Positions 52,777 to 61,436 of a stretch of 61,436 nt of DNA are shown one piece after another. The position numbers were made by a program, and so were the translations under genes. Positions within the stretch are counted from its first letter, which is position 1; every line of letters starts with the position of its first letter. Source of the DNA: Acidobacteriota bacterium (GTDB lineage: Bacteria; Acidobacteriota; Polarisedimenticolia; Polarisedimenticolales; DASRJG01). A model generated the notes under the pieces. The model was not told where the DNA came from, searched no databases, and saw only the letters and a program-made list of their open reading frames with translations. The stretch spans positions 1-61,436 of the forward strand of contig JBGQLU010000002.1 in the NCBI GenBank assembly GCA_041500265.1. The letters run 5' to 3'.

Positions 52777-54288
52777 ATGTCCCCCCGGCTCGCCCTGGTC
52801 CTTCTTCTCGCCGCGGCGGCGTGTGCGATGGCGTGGCTCGCGGTGTATCAGGTGGACGACGCGTTCATCGTCTACCGCTACGCCCGGAGCCTCGCCCACG
52901 GCGCGGGGTTCGTCTTCAATCCCGGCGAGCGCGTCGAGGGGGTGACCTGCTTCCTCTGGACGCTCGTCCTCGTGCCGTTCGCGGCGGTGGGAGCCTCCCT
53001 CCCCAAGATCACGCCGGTCCTCACCGCGCTGTGCGGCCTGGGGGGAATCGCGGTCGTCGCGCGCCGTCACGCCGAGATCGAGGAGCGCGCGCGGCTGTCG
53101 TATCGGGACCTGCTGCCCGGCCTTCTCCTCGCCGCCTCGCCGGCGTATGTCTACTGGTCGGTCGGCGCCCTCGAGACCGTGCCGTTCGCGCTCCTCGTCG
53201 CCCTGGCGCTTCGCGATCACGCGCGCGAGACCTCGGCGCCGGCTGCCACGGGATTGCGCTCCGCGATCTGGGTCGGACTGGCCGGCCTCGTTCGACCGGA
53301 AGCGCCGGTCGTGGTGGCGGCCCTCCTCGCCGACCGGCTGATCGCGGTGGCCGGGGGCCGCGCGTGGCGGGCCGGGTTGCGCGAAAGCGCTCGATGGTCG
53401 TCGATCGTCCTGGCGATGTGGATTCCGTTCCTGACGTTCCGCCGCCTATACTTCGGCGAGTGGCTGCCGAACACCTATTACGCGAAGACGGGCGCCCCCT
53501 TTCTCGCGCGGCTCGGCTGGGGACTCAGATACGCGCGCGAGTGGTCCGCCTCGCTCCTGCCGTCGTTCGGTGCGACCGGGGTGCTGGTCGGCTCGCTTGG
53601 GGTCCTCGTTCTCGCCGGCCTCCTCGCGATCGGGTTGGTCCGCCGCCGGCTCCGCCCCGAGGCGCTCGTGGTGATCGCCCTCGTGGCCGCCGTGCTGTTC
53701 GAGGGGGGTGACTGGATGGTCTTCCACCGCCTTCTAGTTCCGGCGCTCCCCCCGCTCGCGGTCCTGGCGGGCTTCGCGCTGTCGCGGTGGGCGGTGCCGG
53801 GCCGACGGGCGGCGATCGCGCTGCTCGTGGCCGCGGTGATCGGGAGCGGCGCCGTCGTCGCCGCGGCGGAGCGCGACGGCGGCCGCGGCCTGGCCGTCAA
53901 CGCCGAGGGGTACCGCCGAGCGCACCGCGAGATCGCGCGGTATCTCGCGGACCACGCGTGGCCGGGAGACTCCGTGGCCCTGATGGACGTCGGGATCATC
54001 GGCTGGTACGCCCCCGAGTTGCGCCTCATCGACATCACGGGGCTGACCGACCGGGCGGTCGCCCACGCGCCGGGCGATTTCTTGGACAAGCGCTACCCCG
54101 TGGAGGAGCTCCTCGCCCGGGCGCCGCGGTTCGCCGTCCTGATCCCCGGGTTCGCCGCCGACATGCGAATTCAGGCCCACCCCGAGTTCCAGTCGCGCTA
54201 CCACGAGCTCTTCCACGTGAACCACCGCGCGAACTGGACTCCGCCGAGCGACTACGAGCTGCACGTGTTCGAGCGGAACGGACCCTGA
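52777..54288 (+). CDS. GT-C-like membrane glycosyltransferase, DDA[YF]I-motif family (paralog 3)
   Basis: Start trimmed to ATG 52777. [45 protein letters not shown], about 10 TM segments, and a soluble C-terminal domain collinear with the gene at 33108 (...IDITGLTD... versus ...LDMEGLSD...). Confidence 0.7.
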   Translation: [503 protein letters not shown]

Positions 54289-54291
54289 TCC

Positions 54292-54530
54292 CACGGTGGC
54301 CGCGAGCTTGTTGCTTGTCCCGCGTTCCGACTTCGGCAAATCACTGATGGGGCGAGCCTTAGAGCGCTCGACGACGTGTCGGTCGATGTACGCGATTGGC
54401 GTGCATCTATTCTTGGGGGGCGTCGGCGCCATCCAGCCGTATCGGGGGCGCAACCGGCGCAGTTCCGACACGCAATCTCGCAAGTATTCTCCGCGACCGA
54501 GTAGGACCCAACAACCTCGCGGCCACCGTG
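54292..54530. mobile_element. MITE-like non-autonomous element (or structured ncRNA) with 15-bp terminal inverted repeats and an 8-bp flanking direct repeat
   Basis: TIR-L CACGGTGGCCGCGAG (54292-54306) is the exact reverse complement of TIR-R CTCGCGGCCACCGTG (54516-54530). CCCTGATC occurs at 54283-54290 and again at 54531-54538. The interior is clearly lower in GC and has no credible ORF. No transposase in the window. Confidence 0.5.
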
Positions 54531-54542
54531 CCCTGATCGCCG

Positions 54543-55364
54543 TCAGGCCAGCGAGCGGAGGAGCGGGAGGAACGACGCGTCGGGCGCGAAGACGAGCGTG
54601 CGCGCCGGCGCGCCGCCTGCGATCGACTCGAGAGCCCGGCCGGCGAGCGGATCCGCGGTCCAGCCGGAGGACACGTAGAGGAGGTTGGCCGCCACGCGCG
54701 CTTCGACCGCGAGGCGCGTCGCGGACAGGAGCGCCGCGGGCGCACCGTGCTGCGGCAGCAGAATGGCCGCGACCGGCCAGCGGCCGGGTCCCGCATGCCG
54801 GATCTCGCGATCCCGGATCGGCGTGCCGATCGCCTCGAGCCGCCCCGAGCTCCGATCGACGAAGACGATGTCGTCGCTGATCGCCGCGACCCCCGCGGCG
54901 CCGGCGGCTTGCGCCCACGTGGTCTTCCCCGCTCCCTCCCCCCCGATCAAGAGGAACGCACGATCCCGAAGGACGATCCCGGCGGCGTGGAGCGCCCCGC
55001 CGCCGGATGCGAGAAGGCGCCACGCCAGCGCGGGTGCCAAGAGGTTGATCAAACCCCACAGCCGGCGCCGATCGTCCCCCTGGGCGAGACGCATGGTGAC
55101 CCGGCGCACCGCCGCGTCGCACGTCATCTCGCCTTCGTCGCGCCTGACGGTCAGCGATCCTCCCGTCCGCTCGATGTCCGTCCCCCCTGTCATCGTCGGC
55201 CCGGGGGTCAGCGAGCGGTCGAGCTCTCCGACTTCGACGACGATTGGATCGCGATCGGTGAAGGGGACCGCGAACGCCGGCCATTCCGCGCGGAGACCTT
55301 GCTCGAGGCGCTCCGGGAGCCCTTCGAGCCGGACCCCCACCCCCGAGACGTCGAGATCGGTCAC
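54543..55364 (-). CDS. HPr-kinase-C-terminal-domain-like P-loop protein (HprK-related kinase, paralog A)
   Basis: Start set at GTG 55364, a GTGA overlap. ALHAAGIVLRDRAFLLIGGEGAGKTTWAQ...AISDDIVFVD matches the HprK catalytic-domain pattern (H-G..v...g.gvLi.G.sG.GK[ST]...v.DD). No HprK N-terminal domain. Confidence 0.65.
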   Translation of the reverse strand: MTDLDVSGVGVRLEGLPERLEQGLRAEWPAFAVPFTDRDPIVVEVGELDRSLTPGPTMTGGTDIERTGGSLTVRRDEGEMTCDAAVRRVTMRLAQGDDRRRLWGLINLLAPALAWRLLASGGGALHAAGIVLRDRAFLLIGGEGAGKTTWAQAAGAAGVAAISDDIVFVDRSSGRLEAIGTPIRDREIRHAGPGRWPVAAILLPQHGAPAALLSATRLAVEARVAANLLYVSSGWTADPLAGRALESIAGGAPARTLVFAPDASFLPLLRSLA

Positions 55365-56304
55365 AGCCCCGCCGCGTCGATGGCGTCCCAGTACGAGTCG
55401 TCCTTTCGGAATTCGAGCTGAAACAACGGGATGGCGGCGAACGCCGCCTCCACCGCCGCGAAGAGGTCCGGCCGCTGCTGGAACGCCTCCGCGACGAAGG
55501 TGAGGTTGCCGACGAGCTGCCCGAAGACGAGGGCGCGCGGCACCGGCCGAACCGCCGCGCGATCCGATTTCACGATACGGAATCCCGCGGACAGCGGGAA
55601 CCGTCCCACGACCGGCGGTCCCTCCTCGTAGGTGCCCCGGAACGGGCTCCCCACCAGATCGAGGCCGCCCCCCGGCCGGGGGAGGAGGAGCGACAGGTCG
55701 TCGCTCACCACGGTGGCGCGCCGGTTGACGGCGCTGAGCGTCGATTTCCCCGCCCCGGACTCGCCGAAGAAGAGGTAGCCGCGTCCCCCGCGGACGGCCG
55801 ACGCGCCGTGCACGAAGGCGCCCCCGCGGACCGCGGCGCACCACGCCGTCGCGCAGCGGAGGAAGTTCTCTACCGCGCGAAGCTCAGGCTCGTAGGTGCC
55901 CCTCGCCAGGAGGATTGCGCCGGATCGCGACGCGGTGTCGAACCATCCCGCGAGCGCGTAGCCGACGTAACGCACGCGCGTCCCGTCGCAGGCGATCCAG
56001 ACGGGATTGAACTCCGCCTCCTTCGGCGGCTCGATGAAGTAGTCGCGCTCGTCCCGGCTGAACGCGACGCAGACGTCGGCGAGGTCCTTCGCTCCGATCG
56101 GGCCGGCATGAGCGTCGAATCGACCCGAAAGCGATCGCGCGAAGGCGGCATCGATCCCGTCGATCCGGATGCGGAGGTCGGAGAGCGCGAGCGTGAACGA
56201 CGCGGGCCCGGCCGGCGGTCGCGGATCGGCGAAGAACGCCCATGGGGGCGGTTCCCCCGCGCGGGCGGGGTAGCTACGCCCCCCCTTGGCACTGAACCGC
56301 TCGC

Positions 56305-56308
<4 letters not shown>
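55361..56308 (-). CDS. HPr-kinase-C-terminal-domain-like P-loop protein (HprK-related kinase, paralog B)
   Basis: Start set at GTG 56308, a GTGA overlap with the uvrB stop. [30 protein letters not shown]...[10 protein letters not shown]. Confidence 0.7.
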
Positions 56309-58296
<1,988 letters not shown>

Positions 58297-58308
58297 AGGC
58301 TCGCTATT

Positions 58309-60888
58309 CTAGCCGCCGCCCACCACCACCTCCTCCGGCAGCGGCCAGAGGCAGTAGCGGCTCGCCATCGCCATCCCGTAGGCGCCCGCGTCGAGGATGG
58401 CCAGGGCGTGCCCCTCTTCCGCGCGCGGGAGTGCCCTCGCGGACGCGAAGACGTCGGTGGACTCGCAGACATTGCCGACGACCTCGACCCACTCCGGCGC
58501 GGCCTCCGGGGCCGACAGGTTGACGATGCGGTGGTACGCGCCGTAAAGCGCCGGGCGAAGCAGGTGGTTCATCCCGGTATCGAGCCCGATGAACACGTGC
58601 CCGCCGCTCTCCTTGCGCGTGGTCACGGTGGCCAGGAGGACGCCGGCCGGAGCCACGAGGAAGCGTCCCGGCTCGAACCAGGCCTCGGTCCGGGTGGAGC
58701 GCCCCGCGGCGAAGGCGCGCAGCCGGACTCCCAGCGCCTGTCCGAACGCCGCGAGGTCCGGCTCGGCCTCCCCTTCGCGGTAAGGGACGCCGATCCCTCC
58801 GCCGAAGTCGACAACCTCGATGCTCGGAAGCCGTCCGGCGGCGTCCAAGAGCGCCTCCGCCGACCTTAGCAACGACGCCGCGGAGAGGATGCCGGACCCC
58901 ATGTGCGCGTGGACGCCCGCGAGGTGGAGGCCCGCCTCCCGGCACGCGGCCACGGCGGCATCGAGATCGGTCAAGGCGATGCCGAACTTGCTCTGCGCCC
59001 CTCCGGTGACGACGTGCCGGTGATGCCCGTCCCCGACGCCCGGATTGACGCGGAGCAGAACGCGTGCCCCGCGCGCGTGACCGGAGAGCTTCCGAATGTC
59101 CGAGATCGAGCCCAGCGCCAACGCGCAGCCTCGTTCCGCGATCTCCCGCAAATCGCGCGCGCGCGCGTTGGTCGCCGACATGAGCACCGACGCGGGCGCG
59201 TGGCCGCACTCGATCGCGCGCTGCGCCTCCGCCGGTGAGGCCGCTTCGATGCCGACGCCCAGGGCCGCCAGCCGCCGGAGGATCGCGGGATGGGCGTTGG
59301 CCTTGCACGCGTAGAGGAGGCGCCCCGGAGCGATCGGAAGCGTCTCCTCGAGGCGCCTCACGCGCTCGCCGAGGATGTCGAGATCGTAGACATAGAGCGG
59401 CGTGCCGTGCCCTTCCGCGAGCGCGAGCAGCCCCGAGCGCCCCCCCGCCGGAAGACCGACGTCGATCGGAGGGACCGAGGCGGAGGACTCGCCGAAAACT
59501 TCCGCCGGAAGGGGCCCGCGGAAGAACGCGTCGTGAAGCGCTTGCACCGCCCGCGCTCCGTCTCCCGGGGCGACGACGACGCTCAGGTTGATCGCGGAGG
59601 CCCCTTGGGTGATCATCCGCACGCGAACGTCCTTGAGCACGCGGAACGCCTCCGCGGCGACCGTCGCATTCCCCTGCATCCCCTCCCCCACGAGGCAGAC
59701 CAGCTCCAGCCCGCGCTCGACCTCGACGCGCGCGAAGGCGGAGAGCTCCTCCACGATCCCGGGGAGGCGCCGGTCGTCGTCGATCGTGAGCGACACCGAG
59801 ACCTCGGAGGTCGCGAGCAGGTCCACGGGCGTGCGATGGGCGTCGAAGGCGGCGAAGATCCGGGCCAGGAACCCGTGCGCCATCAGCATCCGGGTCGAGA
59901 CGACGTGGACCAGCGTGATCCCGCGCTTGTCGGCGATCGCCTTCACCGCGAACCGGCCGTCGTCCGGCCGGATCCCCTGCGCGAGGATCGTCGTCCCCTC
60001 CCCTTCCGGGCGGCGCGAGTTCCCGACCCAGACCGGGATCCCCGCCGTCACCGCGGGAAGAACGGTGGACGGATGGAGCACCTTCGCGCCGAAGTAGGCG
60101 AGCTCGCTCGCTTCGGCGAACGAGAGGACCTTCACCCGCCGCGCCTCCGGAACGACCTGCGGATTCGCCGTCAAAACGCCGTCCACGTCCGTCCAGATCT
60201 CGACCCGGCGCGCGCCGAGCGCTCGTCCCAGGAGGCTCGCCGAAAAGTCCGATCCGCCTCGGCCGAGAAGGGTCGGCCGCTCCGCCCCTTCGACCGAACT
60301 GCCTCCGAGAAAGCCCTGGGTGACGAGCGCGCGCCCGGGGGCGAGGCGGCCCGCGAGACGGGCGAGGGCGCGCTCCGCGATCGCCTCCGGGAGCGGAGGG
60401 TCCCGCTCGGGGTCGGAGCCCGCCGTGCGAACGACCTCGCGGGCATCGAACCAGGCGGCCTCGATCGAAGCACCGGCGAGCGCTGCGACCACGATCCGGC
60501 TGGAGAGGAGCTCTCCGGCGCCGACGAAGCGGGCCCGGACCCAGGGGCTCGCATCCCCGACCAGCGCGACCCCGCGCCGGAGGTCTTCGAGTGCTGCGAG
60601 GGTCAGATCGAGGGCGTCTTCCGCCTCCCCTTGGATCCCCGGCGGCGCTTCGATCGCGCGGAGGAGCTCGCGATGCCGCGAGGCGATCGCCGCCAGCGCG
60701 CCGTTGGATCCGGTGTCGTCACCCCGCGCCGCGCCGTCGATCGCGGCGATCAGCGCGTCCGAGACCCCCGCCAGCGCCGAAACGACGACGAGCGGCGCCT
60801 CGTCGAGCCGCTCGCGCACGATGGCGGCCAGGCGCCAGAGCGCGGCCGGGTCCGCGACCGATGTTCCGCCGAATTTCGACACGATCAT
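58309..60888 (-). CDS. bifunctional aspartate kinase / diaminopimelate decarboxylase fusion
   Basis: Start trimmed to ATG 60888. MIVSKFGGTSVADPAAL, the aspartokinase domain, ACT-like regulatory region, then a PLP fold-III decarboxylase half (TPLYVYDLDILGERVRRL...YACKAN...HMGSG...GGGIGVPY...EPGR...CESTD). Confidence 0.85.
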   Translation of the reverse strand: MIVSKFGGTSVADPAALWRLAAIVRERLDEAPLVVVSALAGVSDALIAAIDGAARGDDTGSNGALAAIASRHRELLRAIEAPPGIQGEAEDALDLTLAALEDLRRGVALVGDASPWVRARFVGAGELLSSRIVVAALAGASIEAAWFDAREVVRTAGSDPERDPPLPEAIAERALARLAGRLAPGRALVTQGFLGGSSVEGAERPTLLGRGGSDFSASLLGRALGARRVEIWTDVDGVLTANPQVVPEARRVKVLSFAEASELAYFGAKVLHPSTVLPAVTAGIPVWVGNSRRPEGEGTTILAQGIRPDDGRFAVKAIADKRGITLVHVVSTRMLMAHGFLARIFAAFDAHRTPVDLLATSEVSVSLTIDDDRRLPGIVEELSAFARVEVERGLELVCLVGEGMQGNATVAAEAFRVLKDVRVRMITQGASAINLSVVVAPGDGARAVQALHDAFFRGPLPAEVFGESSASVPPIDVGLPAGGRSGLLALAEGHGTPLYVYDLDILGERVRRLEETLPIAPGRLLYACKANAHPAILRRLAALGVGIEAASPAEAQRAIECGHAPASVLMSATNARARDLREIAERGCALALGSISDIRKLSGHARGARVLLRVNPGVGDGHHRHVVTGGAQSKFGIALTDLDAAVAACREAGLHLAGVHAHMGSGILSAASLLRSAEALLDAAGRLPSIEVVDFGGGIGVPYREGEAEPDLAAFGQALGVRLRAFAAGRSTRTEAWFEPGRFLVAPAGVLLATVTTRKESGGHVFIGLDTGMNHLLRPALYGAYHRIVNLSAPEAAPEWVEVVGNVCESTDVFASARALPRAEEGHALAILDAGAYGMAMASRYCLWPLPEEVVVGGG

Positions 60889-61017
60889 CGCGTCATCGTA
60901 GCGCGAACGACACACCGCCGTGTCCCGCCGGCCCGTCGGTGACGCGCCTCGCCCGTCCGAGGGCCGAATTCCCACACCTTTCGGCAGGCACGGCGCGTGC
61001 TAACCTCAGTTGTCGTC

Positions 61018-61436
61018 ATGAGCCGAGCGCAGCGACGCACCCTCGTTCTGAGCCTCATCCTCGTCCCCGCCTTGGTCGGCGGGGCCACCCTGGGCTATGG
61101 GTTGAAATTCGACCTCCCCGACGTGGAGGCGCTGGACCACTACACGCCCCCGCTCAACACGCGCGTCCTGGCGAAGGACGGCGCCGTGATCGGGAGCTTC
61201 GGCGAGCAGCGCCGCACCCTGCTCGCGCAACAGGAGATCCCCAAGGTTTTCGAGCAGGCGTTGATCGCGGTCGAGGACGCGCACTTCTACGACCACGGCG
61301 GCATCGACCTCAAGGGGATCGCGCGCGCCGCCTGGCACGATCTCACGACCTTTTCGTTCGAGCAGGGCGCGAGCACGATCACCCAGCAGCTCTCGCGCAA
61401 CCTCTTCCTGAGCCACGACAAGACGGCGAAGCGGAA
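61018..61436 (+). CDS. class A penicillin-binding protein (PBP1A-type), N-terminal transglycosylase part; runs off the window
   Basis: Not in the ORF track because there is no stop. ATG 61018: MSRAQRRTLVLSLILVPALVGG (TM anchor) ...IPKVFEQALIAVEDAHFYDHGGIDLKGIARA...GASTITQQLSRNLFL, which are GT51 motifs. Confidence 0.88.
   Translation, partial: MSRAQRRTLVLSLILVPALVGGATLGYGLKFDLPDVEALDHYTPPLNTRVLAKDGAVIGSFGEQRRTLLAQQEIPKVFEQALIAVEDAHFYDHGGIDLKGIARAAWHDLTTFSFEQGASTITQQLSRNLFLSHDKTAKR

Noticed and set aside
50875-53220. N-terminal extensions of maximal ORFs: 49030..53220, 8893..9603, 32936..34693, 45029..46951, 13549..15873 upstream part, 27925..28422, 29826..30296, 55365..55844, 56309..57871 and 60889..60975.
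   Set aside because: The extensions run through neighbouring real genes in another frame or strand. Internal starts with SD boxes or 4-nt stop/start overlaps coincide with the first recognisable signal peptide, TM or family motif.
54296-54880. ORF 54296..54880 (194 aa) and the antisense ORF 53734..55284 as cargo genes of the MITE-like element, including a hydrophobic MYAIGVHLFLGGVGAI stretch that looked like a type I toxin.
   Set aside because: Neither ORF stops inside the element. Both run on antisense through real flanking genes. There is no SD, and the composition is Arg/Pro-rich once outside the element.

Overview
Very GC-rich (roughly 70% by eye), densely coding bacterial window with no rRNA, tRNA, CRISPR array, integrase or transposase that I can see. 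Core genes sit at both ends and are scattered inside: trxA, rsmA, RNase J, ftsK, rnc, uvrC, uvrB, an aspartokinase/DAP-decarboxylase fusion and PBP1A. From about 9.6 to 54.3 kb the window is dominated by a large envelope-modification island. It holds at least ten big polytopic membrane proteins, most with C-terminal TPR arrays: GT-C-like glycosyltransferases, two fused MFS/spermidine-synthase-like giants, two sulfatase-like lipoproteins and a membrane-anchored alkaline-phosphatase-family protein. The island also carries a GtrB/Dpm1-like GT2, a polyprenyl diphosphate synthase, an AsnB-type amidotransferase, an ECF sigma/anti-sigma pair and a 1496-aa gingipain (C25)-like protein. The best candidate for something new is a compact radical-SAM RiPP cassette on the minus strand (41.4-43.1 kb). 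It consists of a PqqD-like chaperone, an rSAM enzyme with a Cys-containing C-terminal auxiliary domain, and a 38-codon precursor ORF that is too short to appear in the ORF track. That ORF has its own SD, a promoter-like hexamer pair and an intrinsic terminator. Other notable structures are a ~240-bp MITE-like element with 15-bp terminal inverted repeats and an 8-bp flanking duplication (54.29-54.53 kb); a long palindrome built from 7+7 heptamer repeats after ftsK (5.21-5.33 kb); two HPr-kinase-like P-loop genes translationally coupled to uvrB; and a lower-GC two-gene secreted-protein cassette, one gene of which is an internal tandem duplication. Because of the GC content, many long ORFs in the track are shadow ORFs or over-extended N-termini. 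I trimmed starts using SD motifs and the recurrent 4-nt stop/start overlaps (ATGA/GTGA/TTGA). All family assignments come from reading motifs, not from searches.
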